DNA of 62,371 nucleotides, counting the filler. It is 19 parts of 19 records of this genome, joined end to end, with 100 filler letters (N's around TTAATTAATTAA, not from the genome) between each part and the next. Parts side by side here need not be neighbours in the genome. Positions count along the whole stretch, not along the records: positions 11,559 to 15,386 come from SRR9670534_1502; positions 15,487 to 17,805 come from SRR9670534_1510; positions 17,906 to 20,732 come from SRR9670534_1516; positions 20,833 to 27,990 come from SRR9670534_1523; 15 more parts are not named here. The stretch is one strand, 5' to 3'. The notes beneath the pieces were generated by a model. That model searched no databases. It saw only the letters and a list, made by a program, of their open reading frames with translations, and was not told the DNA's origin. Each line of letters opens with the position of its first letter. Positions within the stretch are counted from its first letter, which is position 1. Positions 11,459-27,664 of the stretch are shown here, in pieces. The translations under genes and the position numbers were made by a program.

Positions 11459-12459
11459 NNNNNNNNNNNNNNNNNNNNNNNNNNNNNNNNNNNNNNNNNN
11501 NNTTAATTAATTAANNNNNNNNNNNNNNNNNNNNNNNNNNNNNNNNNNNNNNNNNNNNATTGATGAGTATAAAATTGGTCCTCAACAATTAATCATAATT
11601 TGTACAATTAATAATCATAATACGTAGGTAATTTGTATTATGTATTCGAATGCCTGTCACTGAGTGTACTACACATTGTGTACACTGTACACCGACCGTG
11701 TACAATACCTGTACATTGTGCTGGTACTGTACAGTGTACATTGCAATGTGTAGAGTACAAGCACAATGTACATACTATGTGCTACACTGTACTCCATTGA
11801 AGGTTGAACGTATGTATAAACTTTAGCCCGTAACTTTGTTGTACCTAATAAAGTTTATACGTTAGACTTGCAATAGATTACAAAGAAGTCTTTTCAAAAG
11901 TGCGTTGTGTACTGTGCACACTGAATATGCTGTGTACATAGCCAATTTCACCAAGGTTGTCAAGTTAGCCTACTTGGCTATGACTGTGTACAATACAGCT
12001 GCACGAAATGGTAGAGCTACACAGAGAGGTACATACCTTCAAAGAGTTGTACCTAATAGGTAGTACCTATATAGAAATTTTGCGATAAAATACTAGGTAC
12101 ATGTAAATATTACGGTAATATTATTATTACCTAGGTACAATACTTACCTAATCGATATTGTGCAATGCATACCTGTGTGCTTACCACATCATTATTATTA
12201 CGATAAAATATCACTACAATGTAGTGACTACTTGTACATAACTTATGTAACATAAGGTACCTTTCATATTACCTATAGGTATTATAATACATATACAGAT
12301 ACTGTACAATACATGATGTGTGATACATCATAATGATGTACTTATCATGCATCATGACATGATGATCATGTACTATTTGTAGTTACTCTAATGAGGTATA
12401 GTACGTTTCTTATTCCTGTATTGGCCCAATAAATTTGTTACATACGTTACATTGTATAG

Positions 12460-14889
<2,430 letters not shown>

Positions 14890-15486
14890 ATTTATACCTG
14901 GTTGAATCATATATTAACCCAGTGATTGACGGAACATACTGCATTTTACTACCGTGTTATATGTGTGAACTTTAGTTTGCTTTTCATACTCTTGTTCACT
15001 TTTCATTATTATGAATATTAATACACAATAAGGTTAAACTATATTAGCTATGATATGTAACAGGTGAAGCATGAATTACTGCCATAGGTACTATTAAATT
15101 TTGTTTAATAATAATATAGGAATTGCTATAGAATTTTGACTACTAATATTTTTTCACCCCTTTTTGTTCTTGGAAAATGGCATTGGTTTTTTAAGTTGCT
15201 AGGTATTTATAACAGAGATAATAAATATGTAATAGAAACAGGTATTGCATATTGCATATTTATCATATCTTTGATACAGAGCATGAAGCATTATAATTCT
15301 TAGGGTGTAACACCTTCGCAAGTATTAGTACTGGGTGCACCATAAAAAGGGAAAGATCATGGACCACTTAATACAGGTGTATTAAGNNNNNNNNNNNNNN
15401 NNNNNNNNNNNNNNNNNNNNNNNNNNNNNNTTAATTAATTAANNNNNNNNNNNNNNNNNNNNNNNNNNNNNNNNNNNNNNNNNNNN

Positions 15487-17805
15487 AATCATTTTCCTCA
15501 ACTTTTCGTGTAAAACTTTGTAATCTTCACCACGAATTAGTCTTTTTTGTTTGAAAGCTAAGTATCTCTTTGTAGATTTGTCATAGGTTTCCGCCAATGA
15601 ATAATAAAGATCTTTCAGGTAAGTGGTTTCAAATTTCTTCCAAAGTCTATAATGATGCTTTTTCTCTTTGCACATGTTTTCAATTCAAGGTGGAAAGTAA
15701 TGATTATCTTTCACATTGCACAACAGGATGTACTTGTGTACCAGGTTGCGAATTGTCACAATTAAAAAGGAGTAATACTGCTCAATGCCATTGTGCTCCA
15801 TGATTTCTTTCCAATTGATGTTTTTCAATTCAATTTCAATAGCTTTGTAATTGCCATTTCTATAATCAATGTACCATATATCTTCAGGTTTGTTGCATAT
15901 TACACTTTGGTCTAAAATACAGGAGACTCCTGTGTGATCACAGTTCAAAGCAATATTTTCTTGAATATTAACTTTGAGGATTGGTACTTGAGTACATACT
16001 AGATCAAGGACTTTATCTTGGTTGTGATTTGTAGGATCTAAAACCACTTGGTTCATATTTAAAGATTGTAACATAATAAGACACTTTCTACCACTGGTAG
16101 ATTTACAAGATAAATCTGGCCACTTGATGTTGCCAAGATTAAAATCACTGAGCAGAATGCACGGAAAATGCGTGTTGACATATTTTTCAATGATATTAAT
16201 TAATGATTTTACAACTGCTAAAGTATATGAAATATCAGGAGGAATGTATGTAGCAATTAAATGAAGTTGGGATGAATGAAGTCGCAAATCGACTGCAACA
16301 ATCTCGAAACCTTTGTTATCTTCTTCAGTGAAGTGATTCACAGGAAGACAAGACAATGTGTTACTTACAATGATTGCAACTCCACCATTAGCCTTGTTTG
16401 AAGCTCTGTCCTTTCTGTAGCTGTGAAATCTTAAATCATTGAGATATAGAAAATCACTGATTTCTGGTTTCAGGTGTGTTTCCGTCATAACTATAACATC
16501 AAAACGTTTGTTAATCATAAATGCATAAAAATTGTCTCTTTTCCTAACAATACCATTTACGTTACATAAGAAAATCTTAAGCAAATCATTGTTATCTATA
16601 ACTATCGATTCAGAGTCATTATAAAAACTATGATCAAAAGACAAGTTTACGTATGTATTATTATTAAATTCTATCTCAGTCGAAACTGAGCTTACAGAGC
16701 TATCAGAGGTGGTACATGATACATACGAGATATGAAATAGTCCAGAAGTACCTAACATTGACAACAAACTAGAGACAGAGTGTTTTGACTTAATAATAAA
16801 AACATTCGATATCCATGATTTGGGTAAAACAAAAACGCTCAAAAATTTGAAGTTTTTGTACGATAAAATTGTCGAAATACATGTAAATGACAATAAAGTA
16901 ATAAAATAAGGAAGTTGTCTGCCTTTGTAAATTATACTATTATTAAATAAACATGTAAATTTAATTATGTATAAACTAAAGTAAAATACATAATATAAAA
17001 TACCACAAAGTTGAAAAAAGCCCTGGGTAGACTCGATAGCCCTCTTTAGTTTAAAGGTAATTCTACCATACTGGCTACATCATCATCCATTAACTCTTGA
17101 GTTGCAGGTGTACTATGCTGAGCAAGTGGACCCGAAGGTGGCGCCATCTCTTTAACTTCCCAGTTTTCTAGATCAAAACCTTTTCTTACTATCGTAAAAA
17201 CAGTACCTTGATTCGTTGGGTCACTCTGTTTGGCAGCTAATTCTTTATTCAGCTCAGCTACTCTTGCTCTTTGTAGGCTGTTATGAGGAGGACAAATGTA
17301 CACTTTAGAAAAAAGAGGATGTCCCTTTAACTGTTTGGAATTTGCACGGATAGTCTTCCTGTCATCCATGCTGTTGAATTTCAGCTGTAAAAGACGTGGT
17401 CTGTTGGGGTTGCTTTTACCAAGACATTCGGCATCAACTAATTTGACTTCTGGTGCAATTGCATCAATAATTGATTGCACAAAAACTTTATCAGCAGCAA
17501 CAGAACCTTTTTCTTCCACATTTGAAGCAATAAGCATAACTCTGTTTAAGACCATTTCAATACCAGCAATAATTTCACTACATGATGATGTTGCTGACCT
17601 TTTCATATCTTTTTCCAGAAGTGACAATCGGATGTGAACCGACAATCGGATGTTAATACCATCAAGTTCATCGTTAACATTTGTGGCTAAGGCCTTCAAT
17701 TCAGCTTCGTTCTTTTTGGAGGAAGAAACTAACTTGTCAAGTTTTTGCGACATAACATCAACTTGATCCAGCTTGTCTAGTTTGTCAGCCATAGAATCAA
17801 TGGTT
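15487..17805 (-). mobile_element. CR1/L2-clade non-LTR retrotransposon: ORF1 (17046-17792) and ORF2 endonuclease (15685-16893), frameshifted
   Basis: ORF1 has a coiled coil and LGKSNPNRPRLLQLKF...VYI. ORF2 has CNVNGI, MTETHL, RKDR...GGVAI, YIPP, SDFN, VLDLV, CDH. A frameshift near 15685 continues into the 15487-15675 frame. RT domain lies beyond the contig end. Confidence 0.92.
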
Positions 17806-18676
17806 NNNNNNNNNNNNNNNNNNNNNNNNNNNNNNNNNNNNNNNNNNNNTTAATTAATTAANNNNNNNNNNNNNNNNNNNNNNNNNNNNNNNNNNNNNNN
17901 NNNNNTGGTCCATTTTAGGCCATGCTACCCTAGTAATATTTTAAATATACAATTGCTTACTATACATATTTTAATAAGAAATATGTATGTAATTTTTGGT
18001 GTAATTATTATATAAGTTATGTCATAAAAGTCAACTATAAAAATTAATTTCGATTAAAAAGTCAATTAAAACTTAACGATTACTATAATAGTAATACTAT
18101 TATTTATTACTTGAACTTAAATTAAAATTTTTAAAGTATTTCCATCTTGGTTGTTTTCATTTTGTGCTGGTGAATGAGATCAAGTATGCTGGATTAGTCA
18201 ATAAAATTATTATGTTTTTATTATTAACATTTCAATAATTTAACTTTTCAAAAAGTGTTAAATTATTACTGAACATTTGTTCATATTCATATACATTGCT
18301 ATAAAGTTAAGAAAAAACGACATCTGCCTTATAGATTGGATGCCCCCAATGTACAACATCTGCAAAACTATTATTATAACACTCTTAGCAATAACATTCT
18401 ACACCATTGGGCTTCAAAATCAATCACTGCCATAATAATAATAATTAATTTTCTTAACTTTGCTAAAAGAAGTTAATTAAAATCGTATGTAGCCAGCTTA
18501 ATAATAAAGGACACAAATACCAATTACACTTCACCCAACAAAATGGCTTCTTCTTCTTATCTTCTGATTTGTGACAGTACGACTCTACCAAATAATTATT
18601 TTCTTGATAAATGCAATTTATAACGCATAGCAGCAAATGACAGCATTAATTGCTTTTATCATTCTTTGCCTGAAAG

Positions 18677-19843
18677 ATGGTCATTTTAACAATTTTGTCT
18701 GTAACTTATGTTGTATTGGTTTTGGGTTTGTTGGCAGTTGTGACAGCTGGTCTTGTATTGAGTTATTTTATCAAGTTATTGTTTGCTATTGAGGCTTTAA
18801 GAAATCGAGAGGAATGGGAAAATCATAATTGGGAAAATGAAAGTGATGAGGTTGTTGATTCTAGAAAAGATGAAGAAAACTTCAAAGCTGTAATAAAAGC
18901 AGCTAAGCAAGTAATACCAATGTCAGGTGTTATTAATTAATAATTCAAGTAATTTAATAAGATATTGATTCAATATTATTTAGTACTCAATACTTTATAC
19001 TGAATACAATATCAGTCTCATAGTATTAGATAAAACAGAGTTAAAAATATAGATAACATTTTTATCCTATTTCATTTAAATGGAAATCTATAAAATTTAC
19101 AAAAAATGAATTCACACAAAATAATTAATCATTCTGATTTGATTTCAATCATTAAACTATTTATTTTATAATGGTATTATTATGCTACATACATTCTTCC
19201 AATTTTAGATCTTTGTCAATGCTTGTTAATACTTATGTGAAATTATTATTTGTATTAGTATTACAATGTTTAGTTTTTGAAGAGCAACAGATATGCTAAT
19301 GGCAGGGTTCAAGGAGATGATTTGACTGATACCAAGCTATCTAATCAAGACAAGGTCAAGGAATGGGTATTTGAAATCATTAATAAATATTTGAATTCCA
19401 CAACCATTATAAATATTTAAATAGTTACTTTTTGTCCAGTTTTTCAAGTTTCTTATTATAATAACCTTTATTGCACACAACTTCATAAAGTATACTTAGA
19501 TATATCTATAGATATATAATCGATAAAAATATATTGATAAAACTTCAAAACAAAAAATCACGATTATTATTAACTAATGCAAAGTAATGATTATTATACT
19601 AAATAAGACATGATAATTAATAATAATAACTCTAATTACCAATGACTATTAGTTTAATGAATCATTAAATTAATAATAAATATAGTTATAATAATGAATA
19701 ACAAACAAGTTTTGTGGAAATTATAAAACTAATCTTTAAAAGCTAACTACTTTCAATTTAAATAACAATAATAAGAATGATATATGATATATCTTCATAT
19801 ATTTTAGGTTACAGCAAACTGTTCCTCAGTCCCTCCTACTTAA
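18677..19843 (+). CDS. Predicted 120-aa single-pass membrane protein of unknown family (exons 18677-18910, 19274-19366, 19808-19843)
   Basis: Long N-terminal hydrophobic helix. Two downstream higher-GC islands are bounded by TTTAG and GT, all phase 0 and stop-free until TAA at 19841. Confidence 0.55.
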
Positions 19844-20832
19844 AAAATAATTTCAAAGTAACAAATCATGGTATCAAATTACCATTAATGGTATCAAAGT
19901 TGTTATTATTTACATCATTGTAAAACTAATTTCACTGACAAATTGTCAGTGACAATATTGTTTTAATTTCATCATACATGTATGCATAACTGCAGTTACA
20001 ACTACGTTATGCCTGAACTAATATACACTATATGATATTGTCATAATACCACTTCACATTATGAGGCTCATAATATTATGGATCCAATAATATTAAATAA
20101 TACTGTGACAATTCGATCTCATATATAAAGAAAATATATTTCAAGTTGACTATATCAATGAAGTAAAATCTCTTGATTATATTTCAGTTTCTGTTAGGCT
20201 TTCTGTAAACCATTTACTAAATAGCAATGTTTATTGGTAATATCACATTTGATTACTCACCATGATCCCAATAAACTTCATATGTAATTGTAGTTTACTT
20301 ATAGTTTATTCTATATAATATAGACTATATTTATAAGCAGTTTATTATAAACACTACTAATGGAGAATTTCTCTCTGTGCCAAAGTCTTTTTTTATTAAT
20401 TAATAATAATGAAGTTTTGAAGCTTCACCAAATGATTTCATCGAACTTTAACTATAATTAATCACCTGTATCGCATTTGAAAGCCCTAAAATTCTTTTTA
20501 TGTATTACATGTAGATGTCGCCTTTTGATGAAAAAGATATAGTAAATGGAATATCCTTAAAGATGCATTTTTTCAAATTTGGGGCCATTTTGCAAGAAAA
20601 CAAGATTTGATGGAACAAAATGGTGTGCATTTTCGAATTCAGCGTACTCGAGTTGACTTATTAAATTCAATACTTACTTTGTTGTACAGTGTAATTAATT
20701 GTTTTAAGACTTTACTTATTTTTGCCTTACTTNNNNNNNNNNNNNNNNNNNNNNNNNNNNNNNNNNNNNNNNNNNNTTAATTAATTAANNNNNNNNNNNN
20801 NNNNNNNNNNNNNNNNNNNNNNNNNNNNNNNN

Positions 20833-23800
20833 ACTTAGGTCCATTAGTACCAGAGCTAGAACTCCAACAAACGCATATCTAAAACAGATGTTAATAACTG
20901 AAATATTTGAAAATTTGAATTTCAAATGTTACCTTTGTCCAGGAGAACTCCTCCAAGTCTTGTCAGAACTATCCTCTAAACATCTCAGAATGCAGATGAC
21001 AAAATGCTTCTGACTAAGCAAGCTCTTGAAATGGCTCATACAAGACCGCAAATGGTCATCCAGGGCTCCATTCTGATTCTGCAAATTTTATGTGATTATT
21101 ACAATATATTGTACTTAATAATAATAATCTTGTAATTTAATAGGAAGTAATTCCTTTTCAACCTGAAAATGAGACAATGTTTGCTAGAAAAATTACGATT
21201 AATCTCTCTCAATCCCAGTTTAATAAGGAACTCTATGAGCAATTATAATCTTATGAGTAAGCATCATACATAAGGAGATTCACACAAATCAGGCATCGTT
21301 GAGAATAAATGAGATCCAATAGTATTGCCACTATGTGGATTCATGAAGGTTTCATATTCCTGCATAAAACAGACTTTGTAGCAAAATGTCTTGTAAGTCA
21401 TGACTGGTGCAACCATTGCACAAATTCGTTCAATTTCAGCGTTGGTTAAAAAATTGGATCCTTTAGTGTGTGTTTCGTAAAATGCTATCAAAAATAGCGA
21501 CATCTTTACAACTTTGTTTTAATAACATTTATATTAAAATCAGTTATCAAGTATCACCTACCATTTCTAGCTTCTCTACTAGCAACTTCGCCAACGACAT
21601 CCAACTCCTTTTGAACGCGTAGGAATTTGTTTTTCAATTTTTTTGTTTTTCTGCGACTGAACAAGTGCAAAATAAAAAACACCATCAAAGTACTAAAGAG
21701 CAAAATAACAACGATGCAAACAATTATAACAATTGTTATTGCTGGGGTTTTCCTGGCTTTTACAGGTTCAGCTTTGGCTGATATAATGGTTTTTCCCACA
21801 AACTTTAAATTATTGCTTGAATTCCTGTACAAGGCAACAAAAACGTCAACAAGCCGTGGTTCATCCGCATCAACAAGCGTTGAAGACGCTGGCAAATTAC
21901 AAACAATCATTGTAGTTGTGAAAGTGTTAATCCAACAAGAAATCGGTGGCTCTAGTTTGACAAATATTTCCTTTTTGTTAATTGCTTCAAAGTCCATATG
22001 GTCCACAGCAATTAACAATGTTCCACCTAATGCAGACAGATTTCTGGACAATACAAATGTTGGGTCAGGTTTTACAATAACGGTTCTGGAAAATTTCACT
22101 TTGGCTGTCATGGTGTCAGTGGACAGATTTGCAGATGCTGTCCAACCAAATGTTAAATCAAGCTTTTTTTCCGTAGGCAATGATCGTTTTACCAAACCTG
22201 ATGATGACAGTGGCAAATGTGGAAAGCTGCAAACAGCCGCAGAGTCGTTTAAAATTTGACAAGCTGTTCCTGGTGTCTACAAGATATCAACTTTAGTAAT
22301 AACAGTTACAACAAATTCCTACATGAATTTCAAAATATACCTTAACATTGGTGTAGAATGCAAAAAAATTGTCAACTATATCAAGGTTCTGTCCAAGAAC
22401 AAGCATTGATCGACCACCACTGAAAAAGATTTTACAGGTTTAAAATAATTTAAAGTATTTTAAAAATATTAAAAAATATAAAAGTTCAAAATATTAAAAA
22501 TACTTTAAAACGCTTCAATTCAATTTAAAATTCATATACAATTTAAAATTTGTTACTTTTTAAACTGTTATATATCATTTAAAAAATTTTGGTACATTTG
22601 TGCATTTCATTATAAGTTTATATTATTAATATTTATATTATTAATTAGTATATTAATAATGGTATATTTAATTTTGAATAAAAATATGAAGTTTAGTTCG
22701 AAAACCTTGAAAATGAAATGGAAGGTTCAAAATCGGATACAATAGGGTCATCCACCAAAGATAATGATGGCTTCAAAAGTAGGTAATCATCTAAGGTAAC
22801 ATTGTCAAGTTTCATCTTTAAACCTATTTGACCAGGAAATCCTTCCGTTGCCTTTTCAGCAACACAGTTTAAATGGGTGGAATTTCTGTCAAAGCTTATG
22901 CAATTTATCTGCTTTTCACCAAAACATATAATAGGGTTTAATTTATTACCAACATCCAAATTGCTACCATTTATCATAACAGACACTTGACCAGACACTG
23001 GATATGTAAGTCGTGAAATGTCTGACAAAGTTGGCTTCTAAAGGCACAATGTTTTTTAACTATTACATTTTGTGAAAAAACTATGAAAATTACCGTTATG
23101 TTCAAATTGGAAAAATGGACCACCTCATTTTTTCGATCATAAAAAGTCATACGAAGACCAACTTGTTGATTTTCCTTCGGGACTTGTAACATGCTGTTCA
23201 CATCAACCACACAAGATATTCTAAAATAAGCGTGTATGTAAAGCGTACGTAACGACAAAGTTCTGTTTCTGATTAGTAAATTCAAAAAATGTTACTTGTT
23301 ATGGGTGTGATTTAGAAGTCTACACTCCACAGGAGGTGGTGACAGCGATATTCTTTCTATAGCTTCTGATCTGCTGCCAAATTCTTCACCATAGATAGTT
23401 AATACAGTACCACCATATGGAGAAATTTTCTTTGGAAGAACCGATGTTATTTTCGGAGGTGGACACGAAGAAGACTCGTAATAACAATTAGAAATGCAAT
23501 CACTTTGAAAGATACATTGATTATTCGACCAAATGCAATGGTATTCTTCAAAAGAGTAACACTGAGAACAACTTTGAGCCATTTGGGAACAATTGTACAA
23601 CAAAACTAAAATTATGAATACGTAATAAAATAATTTTTTGAATAATAATTACTTGATTTGGATCCATCAATTCTAGCGCCATTTCTATTCATTAACTTTA
23701 CAGATGCTTCAAAATTATTTTTCCCATTAAAGCGAGTCAAGTCCAACTAAAGCATGATTCATTTACATAATTGGAAACGAACGTTTGGTATCAGCTAATT

Positions 23801-26800
23801 TACATACTATGCAAACAAATTGCCCAGCATCTTTATCGCACTCAAATTTCTCACTCTCAACCAACGTAAACCAGCCTTTTCCTTGTAGTCCAATTTTCTA
23901 CAAATAGATGGGGACATTGTTAGCGCGTGCCAGAAATCGATCAATATATTTGAATGCTTATTCATTTAACCTCATGATTGTCCACATTCAATTCAATTGT
24001 TACAACATGACCAATTGCCGCTTTGTCCTGCGAAGCAGATTGAATCGTCGGACACTCCTAGAGTCAAACAAGGAAAAAATTACATGTCATGGTCAGGAAA
24101 ATACTTCCTACTTATTGCACAATGTAACAATAATTACAAGTTTGATTTTTGAGTTGATAACACTAATTGCATAATTGGGTGGGGAATTATATGGCAAAGG
24201 GCGTACTTATTACGTCAACCTAATGTTATTAAGTTCAAAAGTTGACAGAAAACACGCGGCACTTACCTTTCTCTCATTAATGACAGTCAAACATGTGTTT
24301 GCAACCACGTCTTTTGAAGCGCAAAGACCCTCATTTGGGCACCAGTTACAGCCCCATTCGCTCAGCATGCAATCTGAACAGCTTGAAAAGTAACTGCAAT
24401 TGTAGAAGGTGATCTTGGAAGTATAGAAACTCCACTTGTTTTCATAAATTAAAGTCATATTGGTGTCTGCAAAATTACGCATGTATGTTTTGAATGAAAA
24501 CAGCCAACTTTGCCCACTTACCAAAGTGATCATCATCTACTTCAGCTGCTCCTTCTGCTGCATTTGCAGAAGTGGCATCGATTTTGTTGGGTTTACTAAT
24601 CTCAACGGAAAACCTTCCATCAACATCATATTGTAACTGACTAACAATGCAATCGAGCCCTCTACCAACTTTACATGAAACTTTTTCCGTTAAACTTTTT
24701 ACAACGACACGACTGGAGAATTTCATATGCATCTACAAATGGCAATGTTTACTATTTTTACGAGCAACAGCTGGACAAAATCGTTGAAATGAAGTTATTA
24801 TATTTGCTGGACATGACCTTTTTAAAATTGTCCAAACACTTGTATTTGTTTTCTGATTGGTTTTTAAATGGAGCGTTTTCAGCACGGAAGATTGTACAAT
24901 ATTAATCATCGTAATGTTTATTATGTGTAATTTGAAAATGCACTTACAATATTTAACTGCTTTTCTAGTGGGAATAACGCAATCTGTTCTTGCTGGACTG
25001 ATGGGCAAACAGAAGGATTAAAAAGGGTGGAAACCCTCCCAGTTAACTCATGCTTATTACATTGTTTAGCGCTGTCATTTGCGTAAGTGCATCTAAAGAT
25101 GAGCAAATGATGTATTTTTCATCAAAAAAAATTGTAGGCGTTATTAACCTAGGCTGAAGAGTGCACCAAGCACAAAATGGGTTCTGGATGCAAGTGTTAC
25201 AATCTTCATGAAGTTCACATTGGGCTAGAGGCATGGAAAATATCTAAAAAACACATGTTATTCAGGAGAAGGGAGATGAAATACAAATAGGGAGTTGTCT
25301 TGGCTCATAGCAGAGGACTGATTTTGGTAAACCATTACCAAGCTGGTAATACCATCAAGCCCCTGATTATAAGCTTAACATATTAATAAGCCTATTGTTA
25401 ACTAAAAATGAAGTGTGTACCTAAAATTAATAGATTCATATTTTATATAAATAAATTTAAAATTAATATTTAAATTTAAAAAAATATTTTATATAAACAA
25501 TACAGTTTCAAACTTTGAATAAATTAGTTCAAATTGATATTCAACATTTTAATAAAAAAAATAGAATTTTTAAATAATTTAATAATTAAATTTCATGTTA
25601 AATTTAGTAAATTTATATTAGTAAGTAATGCATGTTTTACTATATATTAAAAGCATCATGCATTAATTTAAATTGTTATTATTGTATTGCCAGAACTTTT
25701 ACTAATTACAAAGAATAACACAGAAGTGCACTTCTTGCTCCTAATTGGTAATGCAAGGAAAAGCTGATTATATAAAAACTTGCAAACTAATTAAGTGCTA
25801 AGTGAACTAATTAGGAAGTACACACTATTGACCCACCTTGTTTGTAATTGATGCAAGAATTCTGCCATCAACTATTTCCAGATGTGACACCATATCTCCT
25901 TTGCTACTGCTGTTATGGTTGTTCCAAGCACCAAATTTTGCCATCTTTCCCTGTCCACCAGCAAACTGCACATACTAAGCATGCATAAATCAATATACAC
26001 TATACGTATAACGTACATGGTGAATTAAATTCCGCAGAGAGCTTGATTCAATTAAGATGAAAACATGCGGTTTTTAAACTATTTATCCCTAAGCAAGCGT
26101 AAGTTGTATATCTATAGTAGTATTCCAAATATCAAAAGCATTAGGACTTAATAAGATATTCAATACAAAGTTAACTACCTTTGCCTGGCTACTTACCTTC
26201 TGAATTAATCCGTTTTTGAAGCCAACTACAATAACTGAGAATCTATCAAAGGTTTTCAACACTATAGAGGTCACTTCATTTTGCGGATCAAGATCTTCAA
26301 TGATGATAGAAGGATTAACGTCTTTAATGAAACCTCCAAAGATCGGTAACTCTAGCATTTTATTAAACTCCAAGTGACATCCGAAATGCTGCCTGAAATA
26401 TTTGGAACTTTCTGCCACTTTTTCCTAAAAAATAAAAACGATGGAAACTCAGTGACATCTACTGGCAAAATTGCTTAAGAACGCTCATGTTATTGATATG
26501 TATTTCTACAACTGTCAGTGTTGTTAATAATAACTTAATGCAAATTATGAAACTTTATAGCATTACCACATTAATTATGATAAGTGATATAAATGATAAA
26601 TACACACAAGAAATAACTAGTATTGTACATACTGGACCCAGTACTCCAAAAGGTCCACCACATGTCCGGCTGCTCGCGGCTTTTAGATAATCGAATTCAT
26701 CATTGATAGTTACTCCTTGCCTTTCTTTAAGGCATCTTAAAAATTGATCATAAAAAATATTCTCCCAATCACTCATATTGAGTACAGCTATAGCAGGGCC

Positions 26801-27664
26801 ATTTTCCAAATCTCCATTATTTGGTCGAAAAGCTAGTACCAAGTAAGGACTAAAAAAGTAAGCAGCTGTCACGTTGGTATAATAGCGAACAAAAGCGCCT
26901 TTTGGAGGTGATGCGATTCTGATAAGGATGTCTCCAAAACCTCCAGACAAATCTTCTTCTTTAGCGGCATAACCAGCGCATGTTCTTATCATTCGTGTTT
27001 GGACTATGTCTCTGGAATAATCATTGGCCATCAGAGCAATATAATAGGTCACGTGATTAAACACAAAAGATTTCACAATTTTAAAGTCATAATGCGTGCT
27101 AGAAGTGTACAAGATCATTGCTTTTTGCTCTGGATGAGATAGGTTGTGAACTGAAAATAGTTCCTTTGTTCCCATAATGATGTTCTCCCGCATTGAACCA
27201 GTAACAACAATGGTTTCCTTGTGAAATTCCTTGATGTCACATGTCTGCATTTCGGAACAATCACGCGTTGGCAATGAAGGGATGAATACTTTAGCACTTG
27301 AAGTTAAATTGGGCAAAGAGTAATTTAGGCTTGGGGTTAAACTCAGTATTTTGTTATCATACAAAAGGCAAGACCTGGACAAATGAGAACAAACCCATAT
27401 ATTGCCACTTTTGCTAACAATTATGGGAGAAACAATGCCAGGGATATTGAGAGATTCTTTAAGTTCTAGTGTATCCAAATCAAGTTTGTACAAACAGTTT
27501 TCAGACGAGACAAAAAGCTCTTTGTAATCATCACTTGCAACAAAGTCTTTGATGGGATGAACGCCAAAAGATCCATGTCGTATATTGTTTAGACTTCGGT
27601 ATAAACTGCATGCATAAGAAAATAATAATAATATTATTAAAAGGAATATTTTCCCAGAAACCAT
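20833..27664 (-). CDS. Plexin (Sema, PSI and IPT domains, TM helix, start of cytoplasmic GAP region), multi-exon, 3'-partial
   Basis: Signal peptide and Sema-like exon; three PSI repeats (CNTCIQNPFCAWC, CSDCMLSEWGCNWC, CSQCYSFEEYHCIW); IPT repeats (PKITSVLPKKISPYGGTVLTIYG); TM helix; plexin-like juxtamembrane PVMTYKTFCYKVCF and FKSLLSQKHFVICILRCLE. Confidence 0.88.

Noticed and set aside
21627-22259. 210-aa plus-strand ORF, and similar ORFs at 7570-7803, 17296-17637 and 44670-45002
   Set aside because: Antisense shadows of real coding exons with no independent motifs.
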